Part shown: piece after piece, positions 50,074 to 59,132 of the stretch
Layout: each line of letters starts with the position of its first letter
Numbering within the stretch: position 1 is the stretch's first letter
Source of the DNA: an uncultured Alphaproteobacteria bacterium
GTDB taxonomy: Bacteria > Pseudomonadota > Alphaproteobacteria > Rhodobacterales > Rhodobacteraceae
Direction: 5' to 3'
Assembly (NCBI GenBank): GCA_902576905.1
Contig: CACGWW010000006.1
Location: 1,093 to 65,092 of the forward strand
DNA length: 64,000 bases
Program-made: the position numbers and the translations under genes
Notes under the pieces: model-generated
What the model was told of the DNA's origin: nothing
Databases searched by the model: none
The model's input: the letters and a program-made list of their open reading frames with translations, nothing else

Positions 50074-51195
50074 CTATATCTTTTCAATTTCCATAATTAC
50101 ATGGATATAGTCCATCGCATGACCATTTGGGTCTCTTTCAACTTCTGCCCTATAATTTTCATAAAATGAGTCTATTATTTCGCTGCTCTCATTTTCACAT
50201 CTATTAGATAAAGCCGTTCGAAATACCGTCTCTGACCAACTCCGGGTGGTTGGAATAAGGCTGTCAGCAAACTCTTTTTTTGACATTGTCCGAATATTTT
50301 TTTCATAAGTCTCACGATAGGGACATTTTGTCAATTTGGTACTGCATGACAAAAGCTTTAACCCAGCTTTTGAAACCTTGGACATTTTATCATTAAACGG
50401 TGCGCAAAATTCTTCCACTGTTCTGTAATGCTGAGCAAAAGTAGTGTTTATATATTCTTCTTTTGTTATTATACCTTGATCCAAGTGCGTTCTCCAATGC
50501 TGATTAAATTTATCAAACATTGAATGTCCTCCTGTGTTGCCGAGATAACGACCTTTTTCATCAATTCCAAAATTCATGCATATAAAGCGCCCACCTGATG
50601 CCAGCTCTTTAGCCCTTGAAAGAAGGATTGACTCCCAATCTGTGGCTGCTTGGGTCATAAACTGCCTTTTTTCTGCTATATTGGCTCCAACCATATGTAC
50701 GTGATTTTTTATCTGACAAGGTTTTTGCGAAACATAATGCATAGCTGTCGCGGAAAAGCCTAGGCATAAGCTGTCTGTTGCTAGTAATTGTTGATGGAAG
50801 CCGGTACCACACCCATGCACAAAAACATTTTCAAACATTTTTTGATAAGCTAGCTCTTTTTCTCCATGCATCCCCTGCATTTTTTTAAAAAGGGTTGAGA
50901 AATCATTAGAGGCCAAATCGGTGTAAATGATCTCAATTACTCTGTCATCTCCCCTACTTCTAATAAGATTTATCAAATTGTACCAGAGTTCCTGACTAGT
51001 TCCTCCATCTGCTGCACCAAAATCTGCAAACCTCAATATTTCCTTATTGGGAGGAGAAATTACAGCTTTTTCTAAAATTTCTTGTATGGAGTCTATGGCA
51101 TTTTTTGCTCCTGCAGTCTTTTTTGAATAGTATCCCTCTCCCTTCATTGATAGAACATCTTGAGTGTTTAGTATTTCCGGCTTTTTACTATTCAT
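50074..51195 (-). CDS. SABATH-type (Methyltransf_7-like) SAM-dependent carboxyl/N-methyltransferase homologue
   Basis: Its motifs parallel the plant SABATH family: MKGEGYYSKKT (cf. M-GG-G--SY--NS), FADFGAADGGTS (cf. ADLGCS-G-NT), TDLASNDFSTLF (cf. NDLP-NDFN-LF) and SATAMHYVSQKP (cf. SS-SLHWLS--P). Confidence 0.65.
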   Translation of the reverse strand: MNSKKPEILNTQDVLSMKGEGYYSKKTAGAKNAIDSIQEILEKAVISPPNKEILRFADFGAADGGTSQELWYNLINLIRSRGDDRVIEIIYTDLASNDFSTLFKKMQGMHGEKELAYQKMFENVFVHGCGTGFHQQLLATDSLCLGFSATAMHYVSQKPCQIKNHVHMVGANIAEKRQFMTQAATDWESILLSRAKELASGGRFICMNFGIDEKGRYLGNTGGHSMFDKFNQHWRTHLDQGIITKEEYINTTFAQHYRTVEEFCAPFNDKMSKVSKAGLKLLSCSTKLTKCPYRETYEKNIRTMSKKEFADSLIPTTRSWSETVFRTALSNRCENESSEIIDSFYENYRAEVERDPNGHAMDYIHVIMEIEKI

Positions 51196-51245
51196 TGGGT
51201 CTAATTTGAGTTGTTAAGGTTAAATGATCGAATTTTTTTTCTTAT

Positions 51246-51653
51246 TTATTGAGAGCAGGTTTCAAAATTTGCCTTCAACTTTAGGACTACATTTTTATCA
51301 GTATCTTGTATAATTTGGGTGGTTGACCAACCCGTATTTGTGTTAAATATCATATTTTTGCAGTTGGCTTTCTCCCAATTTTTAATCGCATTAATCTTAT
51401 AATCCTCTGAAAAGTCGGATAATGAGTATTGAATGTGTTTTTTTTCTGTTATTAAAGCTTTTTTCTTACAATCAACGGTAATCCCTATTAATTCGTAGTC
51501 GCCTATATTATAGGGGATTTTTTTTTCTTCTTGAGCTTGCATGCCTTTCATCGCGTTACAAATGACCTCGTCTAGCTCATTACCAACTGCTTTAAACGCT
51601 CCAAACGAACTGGAGATAGCCCATATAGAAAGAATGTTAAAAAAAAATTTCAT
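51246..51653 (-). CDS. Hypothetical secreted protein
   Basis: 135 aa with an N-terminal signal peptide (MKFFFNILSIWAISSSFGA) and four Cys. Confidence 0.55.
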   Translation of the reverse strand: MKFFFNILSIWAISSSFGAFKAVGNELDEVICNAMKGMQAQEEKKIPYNIGDYELIGITVDCKKKALITEKKHIQYSLSDFSEDYKINAIKNWEKANCKNMIFNTNTGWSTTQIIQDTDKNVVLKLKANFETCSQ

Positions 51654-51673
51654 TTAAATTTTCCGTTCTAACT

Positions 51674-52045
51674 TTAGCTCATTGCCTCAAATACCTTATT
51701 ATAAATTTTCCACTCGTTATCCACTTTGAGAAACGTAAGCGTATCTGTAAACATCATATTAATATACTCACTTTTTACTTTCACCACTGCGGTCTCCTCT
51801 CCAGTATCAACCATTAATATTTCGTAGTCTTTAGATTTACCTCGTTCTTTCGGTGATGGGATGTTTTTTTCAACGAATGTTGCCCACTCCTCCTTCGTCT
51901 GTCTTATCAGCTTACCGTTAATATGACCGGTAACTTTGGCGTCATCATCGAATATTTTTCTTGTCATAGCTCCATCAGATTCGTAGGCACTATTGATATA
52001 GTCTTCCACAACCTTAAGAACTTTTTCCTTATTTTTCATTTGCAC
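51674..52045 (-). CDS. NTF2-like (SnoaL / putative lumazine-binding) protein
   Basis: 123 aa. The Y-x-A motif region, then a beta-sheet half ending in W-I, resembles the NTF2-like lumazine_bd_2 family. Confidence 0.55.
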   Translation of the reverse strand: MQMKNKEKVLKVVEDYINSAYESDGAMTRKIFDDDAKVTGHINGKLIRQTKEEWATFVEKNIPSPKERGKSKDYEILMVDTGEETAVVKVKSEYINMMFTDTLTFLKVDNEWKIYNKVFEAMS

Positions 52046-52244
52046 TTTTTTCCATTTTCTTTTGCTATTTAATAAAATTATTAAAAGTAATGATGGTTAA
52101 TGGTATCGCAAAATACCGACGAAACAAATTCCTTTTTTTCAGGTCCATTTAACCATCTATAGATACGCCTAAATGTTTTTTTAAAAAGACGAAAAATTTT
52201 TGTTACCATTGCATCTAGGGAATACAATAATAAGGAAAACGCGT

Positions 52245-52610
52245 ATGAAATTTACAGTTTCACATAAAGAAAAATCTAAATTTGAAGCCGGTCTTAGAGG
52301 GTTTTTTCAGTATAGGGATCTTGGAATAGACACTGCCACAGAGGGAAATTATGGAGCAAATGTAATTAGAGCTGTTCCAGGCAAACATTCCAAGGGTGAA
52401 TGGCATTTACATAAATTAGATTTTCAAATGGTTTATATACTTAAGGGTTGGGTTACTTTCGAGTATGAGGGCCAAGGAACCTTTACTTTTCATGAAGGAG
52501 ACTCCGTCCTGCAACCCCCAAAAATATCACATAGAGAGATAGAGCATTCAGAAGATTTAGAGCTTCTTGAAATAACAAGCCCAGCTTCTTTTGATACAGA
52601 GACTGTTTAG
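52245..52610 (+). CDS. Cupin domain protein
   Basis: AAGGA lies 8 nt upstream of the ATG at 52245. Cupin motifs are GEWHLHKLDF and PPKISHREIEHS. Confidence 0.7.
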   Translation: MKFTVSHKEKSKFEAGLRGFFQYRDLGIDTATEGNYGANVIRAVPGKHSKGEWHLHKLDFQMVYILKGWVTFEYEGQGTFTFHEGDSVLQPPKISHREIEHSEDLELLEITSPASFDTETV

Positions 52611-52611
52611 T

Positions 52612-53067
52612 TTACTCTTGACTGTTGGATAATTTCAAAAACCAGACTGCAGTCATATCCGCTACCAGTTCTTTCTTTTGATTGAAAACTTCGACCAGTA
52701 TTGTAGTCACTCCAAAAGGTTTTGAATTTGATTTGCGCGATGACTTGACTGTCACTGTACAATGAATAGTGTCATTTGGTCTGACAGGTTTAAACCAATT
52801 AACTTTGTCTAAACCTGGAGACCCCATTGAAGATTTTGAGGTTTTTTGCGTATCTAAAATTAAACTGTGGGCAATCGCTATGGTTTGCCAGCCACTTGCT
52901 ATAAGGCCACCATAATGGGACTGCTTTGCCAATTTTTCATCAATGTGAAAAGGTTGATAATCCCATTTTTTAGCGAATGAAATAATATCTTTTTTGGTAA
53001 TTGTCTTTTTTTTTGTTTCGAATGAGTATCCTTGATAAAAGTCTTCAAAATACATTTCTTGCCTCAA
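52612..53067 (-). CDS. MaoC-like (R)-hydratase/dehydratase
   Basis: 151 aa with the hotdog hydratase motif YQPFHIDEKLAKQSHYGGLIASG. Confidence 0.8.
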   Translation of the reverse strand: MRQEMYFEDFYQGYSFETKKKTITKKDIISFAKKWDYQPFHIDEKLAKQSHYGGLIASGWQTIAIAHSLILDTQKTSKSSMGSPGLDKVNWFKPVRPNDTIHCTVTVKSSRKSNSKPFGVTTILVEVFNQKKELVADMTAVWFLKLSNSQE

Positions 53068-53174
53068 AAATTACAATTTAGAAAATTTGATAAAAAATAG
53101 CTATGTTTCTATAGGGGCCTACTATTTATAGCACCTCCAGATGAGTCGGTTCAATACTTCTTACGAAATATGGG

Positions 53175-53912
53175 CTACAAAACAAGCTTATGCCCGTTTT
53201 CTCGCAACCATTTTCTTTTTTTTTGGAAATCTTTGCAGTAGTTTCCCACCTGGTACCAGAAATTCTTTGAGTGATTAGGTTCGATGATGTGACTTAACTC
53301 ATGAACTATTAGATAGTCAATTATATGATCTGGAGCCATTATAATTCGCCAATTATAAGAAATTTTATTATTTGCAGTGCAAGATCCCCATTTTGACTTG
53401 TAGTTCTTTACAGTAATCCCATATGGTTGAACCCTCATCTGCTGCGCCAACTCTTCAGTTCTTGCTTTCAAAATTTTAATAGACTCTTTTAAGTACCAAT
53501 CTTCCAGTAACCTTTTAATGTTTTCTCTACCTGCTGATTTATCATCAAGATACGAGACCAGTAAAAGACCTCCTTCAATTCTAACAGCTTCTTTTCGCTC
53601 CAAAATTAGAGATAAGCGATACTCATCACCTCTGAAATAAAATTTATCATTATCAATAAATTCTCTATTTTTTAAATTCTGTTCTTCAAAATTCAAAATC
53701 GCTCTTTGATTTATCCAGTGCTGTTTTCTCTTGATAAGATCAACTAAGGTTTTTTTAGATACACTTCTAGGTGTTTTAATGATTAGTTTGTTATTTTTAA
53801 CCTGTAATGCAATAGTTCTTTTTCTGTTGGTACGTTCTATCTGTATTTCCAAGTCTACATTACCAATATTAATTAATTCACTTGCAAAGCTTCTGGTATG
53901 CATTTTGAACAA
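53175..53912 (-). CDS. YgjP-like (DUF45) M48-superfamily zinc metallopeptidase
   Basis: WGSCT...IS(Y)NWR and HELSH motifs. The start is either TTG 53912 or ATG 53903. Confidence 0.75.
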   Translation of the reverse strand: MFKMHTRSFASELINIGNVDLEIQIERTNRKRTIALQVKNNKLIIKTPRSVSKKTLVDLIKRKQHWINQRAILNFEEQNLKNREFIDNDKFYFRGDEYRLSLILERKEAVRIEGGLLLVSYLDDKSAGRENIKRLLEDWYLKESIKILKARTEELAQQMRVQPYGITVKNYKSKWGSCTANNKISYNWRIIMAPDHIIDYLIVHELSHIIEPNHSKNFWYQVGNYCKDFQKKRKWLRENGHKLVL

Positions 53913-53928
53913 GGAGGAAAGCTTTAAC

Positions 53929-54306
53929 TTACTTTAAAAGTGACATTGCTGTTGCCTTTAAATTATGTACGACAATGGTATTAAGGTTAATCAGCTTACT
54001 AACTTTTGGTCTATAATAATCAATCCATTCACTACTCTCATAAACAGCTTCATACAATCTCTTCTTATGATCTTGATCTAGAAAGCGTCTTATCCAAACA
54101 TAAGTTGACCCTTTCGTTTCTGAGTGCATTTTTCTTTCCCCTTCTTGTTCAAAGAACTCATCAGTACTATTCATTGTAAAAGTGCCATTTATTTCCATTC
54201 CTCTTTCTCTTTGAAAAGGAATAATTTCAACATCCATAAACTCTATCCATTCAGACATTTTATTTGGATATACTTCATATATTCTTAATTCGAAAAAGGG
54301 TTCCAT
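53929..54306 (-). CDS. NIPSNAP-like protein
   Basis: GGAGGA lies 7 nt upstream of the ATG at 54306. FELRIYEV...W resembles the NIPSNAP ferredoxin-like domain. Confidence 0.55.
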   Translation of the reverse strand: MEPFFELRIYEVYPNKMSEWIEFMDVEIIPFQRERGMEINGTFTMNSTDEFFEQEGERKMHSETKGSTYVWIRRFLDQDHKKRLYEAVYESSEWIDYYRPKVSKLINLNTIVVHNLKATAMSLLK

Positions 54307-54466
54307 TAATAATCCTCCATGCATTTACGTGATCATCCTTTATAAAAATCAACATTAAAGCAATTTTTTGTTTGTTCACATACTTTTGGTTGCTAATAAA
54401 AATTTTGATTGGCTCTGGATTTAAAAAAAATATGCTTTATTTCATCGTCAACAAGTGGAGATAAAA

Positions 54467-54562
54467 ATGAATTTACTTAAATGGCTTCTTGAAAATGAGA
54501 ACTCACCGTTTTTGTGGGGTGGACTAGGCATTTTTCTAATTATTCTTTTAATAGGCTTTTAA
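54467..54562 (+). CDS. Candidate 31-aa single-TM micro-protein
   Basis: Hand translation gives MNLLKWLLENENSPFLWGGLGIFLIILLIGF. GGAG lies 7 nt upstream, and the ORF ends 35 nt before the photolyase-like gene. Confidence 0.3.
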   Translation: MNLLKWLLENENSPFLWGGLGIFLIILLIGF

Positions 54563-54597
54563 TCTATAGATCGTGTTAGACAATTTTGGTGATTAAA

Positions 54598-55770
54598 ATG
54601 GATGACGTAGATCACGAGGCCTATCAACGGCTTCCGACGAAAAAGGATCAGGTACTAAACGATTTTAGAAACTTTTCTAATGATCACTTATGTAATTACT
54701 CAAAGAGTAGAAACTTTGACATGGGCCACCCTCATGCGAATGTCTCAAAGCTATCACCATATCTTCGCCGACGACTAGTCTCAGAAAATGAGGTGTTGCA
54801 GATAGCCTTAGAAAAAAATTCTATTTCATCTTTGGAGAAATTCATTCAAGAGATTTTTTGGAGAACCTACTGGAGAGGATGGCTGGAACTGCGACCTGAT
54901 GTCTATGAGGACTATGAAAATGGTTACGACGGTTCTTATTTGCCTGATAAAACTGGAATAAAATGCTTCGATCATTGGACAGAGGAACTTATAGAAACTG
55001 GATACCTGCACAATCATGCACGGATGTGGTATGCAAGCATTTGGATTTTTACCCTTAGAAAAAGTTGGGTTTCTGGTGCAAACTTTTTTAAAGATCACCT
55101 CGTTGATTGGTGTCCAGCTTCAAATACTCTAGGCTGGCGTTGGGTCGCTGGCCTTCAAACAAGAGGAAAGATATATGTTGCAAAAGCGGATAACGTAAAG
55201 CTTTTTACAAACGATAAATTTTTCCCAAAAGGCGAACTGAATGAAAATCCCTTTTTCAATGAAGACCTTTGGAAGACTTATGAAAGAGCGTCTGAGCTTT
55301 CCTATGTAAAGCCAAATTTAAATGCTTGTGAAGATACGGGGGTAATTATAAATAAAAATGATCTCACTTTAAATCACTACCTAAGCAAAGAAAAAATTAT
55401 CCGCAAAGGATGTATTTTTCATGATCCGGAATATCAATCTAGCAAGAGCGATCTTGTAAATAAGTTTGACAGTGACCTAATCGAAAATCTACGCTCAGAT
55501 TTACCGAGCTTTGAATTCCGCCAAACAAAAAAAGCTGTATTGAAATGGGCTAAAAGTGAAAAATTAAAATACTTAATTTTTCCTTATGAGACGGTGGGAA
55601 ATAAATACTTCATGACAAGTGACTTTATTAATGAACTTAGAAATCAGAACATTGAAGCAATTTTTTATATGAGAGATTGGGATAGATATGCGTTTCCATT
55701 TGCAAATAAGGGCTTTTTCCCATTTAAAAAAAATATTTCAGACTTGTTATTTAAAAATGGTATTAGTTAA
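54598..55770 (+). CDS. Photolyase/cryptochrome-homology protein with the FAD-binding helical domain at the N-terminus
   Basis: The FAD_binding_7-type motifs occur in canonical order: SKLSPYLRRRLVS, FIQEIFWRTYW, KTGIKCFDHW..TGYLHNHARMWYAS and FFKDHLVDW..SNTLGWRWVAG. An alternative TTG start lies at 54586. Confidence 0.7.
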   Translation: MDDVDHEAYQRLPTKKDQVLNDFRNFSNDHLCNYSKSRNFDMGHPHANVSKLSPYLRRRLVSENEVLQIALEKNSISSLEKFIQEIFWRTYWRGWLELRPDVYEDYENGYDGSYLPDKTGIKCFDHWTEELIETGYLHNHARMWYASIWIFTLRKSWVSGANFFKDHLVDWCPASNTLGWRWVAGLQTRGKIYVAKADNVKLFTNDKFFPKGELNENPFFNEDLWKTYERASELSYVKPNLNACEDTGVIINKNDLTLNHYLSKEKIIRKGCIFHDPEYQSSKSDLVNKFDSDLIENLRSDLPSFEFRQTKKAVLKWAKSEKLKYLIFPYETVGNKYFMTSDFINELRNQNIEAIFYMRDWDRYAFPFANKGFFPFKKNISDLLFKNGIS

Positions 55771-55775
55771 AATAG

Positions 55776-56345
55776 TCAGTAATCAATCATGTATCTGGCT
55801 TTTTGTTTAGTTATTGAATTATATAAAACCATTTCACCACTCCGGGGCACAATGCCAGTCTGTTCCGAAATAACAACCTGGTGGGTCACAAATAAAACAA
55901 GGTCTGAATAACCAAGGGAACCAAGTTTCTTTTGAAGTTTGTTCATGACCTGATCTTTTTTTTCATATACTTGAAAGAAGGAGTTTAGTCCTGAAAAAGT
56001 CGTCCATTGGCCAAGATTAAGCTCTTTGGCTGTATCAATGCACCGACACCACTCACTTGTTAAAATTTGAGAGAACTTCAGATTTGTTGATCTTAAGTAA
56101 TTTCCTATCAATCTGGCCTGCAAGCGACCTGTATCATTTAAATTCCGTTGCGTACTACAGTCCTCTTTGATAAAGTTTTCCGGATCTCCAACTCCAGGAG
56201 CTAAAGCATGTCTGAGAAATATGACGTTTGCTGATATATTTTTCTTTATTATTTCTAATTCAGATCGAGCAAAAGTTTCGGAAACCAAAAGAAGCGTTAT
56301 AAAAACAACACCAGTTAAAATATTTTGGAACTTAAATTTTACCAA
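55776..56345 (-). CDS. Secreted histidine phosphatase family protein
   Basis: Signal peptide, an RHA catalytic motif (IFLRHALAPG) and a second His (VTHQVV). TTG start. Confidence 0.75.
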   Translation of the reverse strand: MVKFKFQNILTGVVFITLLLVSETFARSELEIIKKNISANVIFLRHALAPGVGDPENFIKEDCSTQRNLNDTGRLQARLIGNYLRSTNLKFSQILTSEWCRCIDTAKELNLGQWTTFSGLNSFFQVYEKKDQVMNKLQKKLGSLGYSDLVLFVTHQVVISEQTGIVPRSGEMVLYNSITKQKARYMIDY

Positions 56346-56518
56346 GTGCTATCTCTGGTACATTCAATAACATTCGCTCTGTCGTCTCTTATGCAATTAT
56401 GGAATGGAGAAATTGACTTATAAAAAAGTGTTCCCACCATGTATAAAATGAGAATTGTGACTATCAACCTTATATAAAATCGCCTTTCCTTTAAATCTAA
56501 TACTTTTTTATCAATCAT
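56339..56518 (-). CDS. Candidate 59-aa single-TM protein, not in the ORF track
   Basis: Hand translation gives MIDKKVLDLKERRFYIRLIVTILILYMVGTLFYKSISPFHNCIRDDRANVIECTRDSTW. Its stop overlaps the TTG start of the histidine phosphatase gene. Confidence 0.35.
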   Translation of the reverse strand: MIDKKVLDLKERRFYIRLIVTILILYMVGTLFYKSISPFHNCIRDDRANVIECTRDSTW

Positions 56519-56569
56519 ATTTTTGTACCTGTTTAATTGTATCTAAAAAACTATGCTGTTTCCAACCAT

Positions 56570-57250
56570 TCAATTGCTGTTAGATATATCATTGAGAAAC
56601 GACTTTAAATCAGAGTATTTGTAATCTATGTACTCCGCGTTATCTTTATAGTCTTCAAGATTACGCTCATTTTCCATCCAAACAGTTTTCAACCCTAGCA
56701 ATTTTGCCGGTTTGAGATTTTTTGCTGTATCCTCAATAAAAATACTTCTTTCTACTTGATTTGAAAGAATGCCAAAACTTTTAAGCATAATTTCATAAGA
56801 TTTTGGATCGGGTTTAGGTACATAGTGTGTAGCTTTTATATCTAATATTTTTTCAAACTCAGCTCCTATCCCCATTGCTGATAAAATTTTTTTCGCGTGG
56901 TCTTGAGATGCATTTGTATAAATGAATTTTTTACCAGAAAGATTGTTTAAACTTAATTTAAGTTGCTTTTCATATTGTAATTCAGGATGTGTAACATCAT
57001 GAATAAAGTCAAGATATTCATCAGGGTCTATTTCATATTCTCTCATAAGACCAGTTAACGTAAGACCATATTTTTTATACATGTTACTTCTAACTAAGTT
57101 AGCTTCTTCCTTCGTGAAAGAGAGAACTTCCATTATGTACTGAGTAATCCTCTCGGATATTTTGATAAATAGCCCAGCTTTTATATCGTATATCGTATTG
57201 TCAAGATCGAAAATCCAGTTTTCAAACGAATTATTAAATAATTTTTTCAT
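56570..57250 (-). CDS. HAD-superfamily hydrolase (pyrimidine 5'-nucleotidase-like)
   Basis: Motif I is IFDLDNTIY, motif II YTNAS, and motif IV FIEDT. Confidence 0.8.
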   Translation of the reverse strand: MKKLFNNSFENWIFDLDNTIYDIKAGLFIKISERITQYIMEVLSFTKEEANLVRSNMYKKYGLTLTGLMREYEIDPDEYLDFIHDVTHPELQYEKQLKLSLNNLSGKKFIYTNASQDHAKKILSAMGIGAEFEKILDIKATHYVPKPDPKSYEIMLKSFGILSNQVERSIFIEDTAKNLKPAKLLGLKTVWMENERNLEDYKDNAEYIDYKYSDLKSFLNDISNSN

Positions 57251-57320
57251 TCAAACTTCCTATTAAGAAAATCAGTCTCTATTAATTTATTGATTATAAA
57301 ATTGTAGCGCAAAAAACGTT

Positions 57321-57548
57321 TCAACCTTCTTCTGTTTGTATAAGATATAAGAAATCTACTACCTCTTGATACTTTTCGTCAGCAATATCTTTGTAACTAC
57401 ACCCAAAACGATCTTTTACTTTCAACGCCACATGAGCATATGGATTTCTCCCTTTTGGATGATTGGGGTGCTCAGGGAGCTTTCCAAACAATTCATCGCC
57501 TGTGCTTTGAATTAAACGCCAAATTCTTTCTTTATTAATTTTATCCAA
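57321..57548 (-). CDS. Hypothetical 75-aa protein
   Basis: The ORF is open to 57593 and overlaps the tauD-like stop. The most plausible start is TTG 57548, preceded by AGAGGGA. No family recognised. Confidence 0.4.
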   Translation of the reverse strand: MDKINKERIWRLIQSTGDELFGKLPEHPNHPKGRNPYAHVALKVKDRFGCSYKDIADEKYQEVVDFLYLIQTEEG

Positions 57549-57570
57549 ATTTTTCCCTCTTGGATAACAA

Positions 57571-58419
57571 TCAAACAGGCGTATCACCAGCAAATGTTAT
57601 CCGATGCATTAACCTTCTTTTCCCATGGTAATCGTTTATCGGATTATGAAGGGTACACCTATTGTCCCAAATCGCAACTGATCCTTTTTTCCACTTAAAA
57701 CGGCAGGTAAACTCTGACTTTATTTGGTGCTTAAACAAAAATTCAAGAAGAGGGGTACTCTCCTCTAAGCTAAGACTTGCGAACTGTAAAGAGTGCGCTT
57801 CATTGATAAATAATGCTTGTTCTTTAGTTTCAGGGTGTGTTCTGACTACCGGGTGTATCGCTCTCAACTCGTCGACCACTTTTCCAGACGAAGAGTGTTT
57901 CATAACATCTGATCTTGAGGCTACTACTTTCCCTTTACCAGAGGTATTAATTACCTTTTGTTCATTCAAGAATTTCCGCATACCCTCTGACAGATGATCT
58001 AATGCCATGCATTGGTTCGCAAATTCGGTGTCACCACCAAAATCAGGCACCTCAACCGCGTACAGCATTGTTGCTTTTGGTGGTTGCTCTTGGTAAGTGG
58101 TGTCACTATGCCAAACCCCACCAAAATTATTAAGGTCAGTTTCTTTCTTTAAAATGGGCGTTATCTCAGGAAAATCTTTCAGACCTTTCACAAATGGATA
58201 GATTATAGGTTGTCCAAACATCTTACCAAATCGAAGTTGAGTTTCCGGATTGAGCTCCTGGTCATTAAAAAATATCACCTTATATTTTAAAAAAGCGTTA
58301 TATATCTCTTGAAATACAGGGTCTTGAAGAGGCTCTTTTAATTCTACTCCGGTAATTAATGCTCCTAACGCACCCGATATCGGACTAACTTCTATGTTTT
58401 TATATTTTGCATCACTCAT
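57571..58419 (-). CDS. TauD/TfdA family Fe(II)/2-oxoglutarate dioxygenase
   Basis: 282 aa with WHSDTTY (HxD facial triad), a distal His (AIHPVVRTHPET) and RLMHR. Confidence 0.85.
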   Translation of the reverse strand: MSDAKYKNIEVSPISGALGALITGVELKEPLQDPVFQEIYNAFLKYKVIFFNDQELNPETQLRFGKMFGQPIIYPFVKGLKDFPEITPILKKETDLNNFGGVWHSDTTYQEQPPKATMLYAVEVPDFGGDTEFANQCMALDHLSEGMRKFLNEQKVINTSGKGKVVASRSDVMKHSSSGKVVDELRAIHPVVRTHPETKEQALFINEAHSLQFASLSLEESTPLLEFLFKHQIKSEFTCRFKWKKGSVAIWDNRCTLHNPINDYHGKRRLMHRITFAGDTPV

Positions 58420-58652
58420 AATATCGTCTACCTGCTAACTTGAATTCTACTAGAATAACCATTGATTAATATTACCCACAATTTTTAACAAATACTCCAG
58501 AAAAATTTTTAATTAGCCTCGCACCAAATAAATAGAGATAATTACTAAGAGTATTTGTATAAATTTGTAGAGAACGATATTTTTTACCCATAGCAAAACA
58601 ATGTCCACTAAAAATGTAAATTGAAGCGTAATCCCCAAGAAGTATTTTTTAA

Positions 58653-59102
58653 ATGGTAAAAATTTATGTAGATGCCGACGCTTGTCCGGTAAAAAAAGAA
58701 ATAGAAAGGATCGCAGCACGCCATGATTTGATAACTTATATGGTGTGTAATGGAGGAATCCGTCCTTCCCACAATCCACTTATAAACCTCGTTGTTGTTA
58801 ATCAGGAATCCGACGCCGCAGACAGTTGGATTATAGGTAATATCGAGAAAAACGACATCTGTGTAACAAACGACATTCCACTTGCTGAACAATGCCTAAA
58901 AAAAGGTGCTTTGGCAATAAGACCTAATGGAATGAGATTTACTCTCGACAACATAGGTATGGCAATCGCTACGAGAGAAATAATGGGAAAAATACGTGAA
59001 GGCGGTGAAGTGACTTCTGGTCCGCCTCCCTTTAGCAAATTAGATCGATCCAAATTTCTGAGCTATATGGAAAACGTGGTTCGTTCAGCTATCAAGTCGT
59101 AA
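58653..59102 (+). CDS. YaiI/YqxD family protein (UPF0178)
   Basis: The N-terminal IYVDADACPVK is characteristic of UPF0178. Confidence 0.8.
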   Translation: MVKIYVDADACPVKKEIERIAARHDLITYMVCNGGIRPSHNPLINLVVVNQESDAADSWIIGNIEKNDICVTNDIPLAEQCLKKGALAIRPNGMRFTLDNIGMAIATREIMGKIREGGEVTSGPPPFSKLDRSKFLSYMENVVRSAIKS

Positions 59103-59132
59103 ATGCACCAAGACATTGCGAATCAACACAGG

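Noticed and set aside
53911-53921. A perfect plus-strand AAGGAGGAAAG Shine-Dalgarno-like sequence between the DUF45 and NIPSNAP genes.
   Set aside because: No start codon follows within a usable distance on the plus strand (the next codons read CTT TAA). It is the complement of the spacer between two minus-strand genes.
58513-58892. Two overlapping minus-strand ORFs (88 and 94 aa) across the tauD-yaiI spacer and the 5' end of yaiI.
   Set aside because: They overlap each other and the well-supported YaiI gene. Their hydrophobic, low-complexity translations are typical of AT-rich DNA, and they have no ribosome-binding sites.
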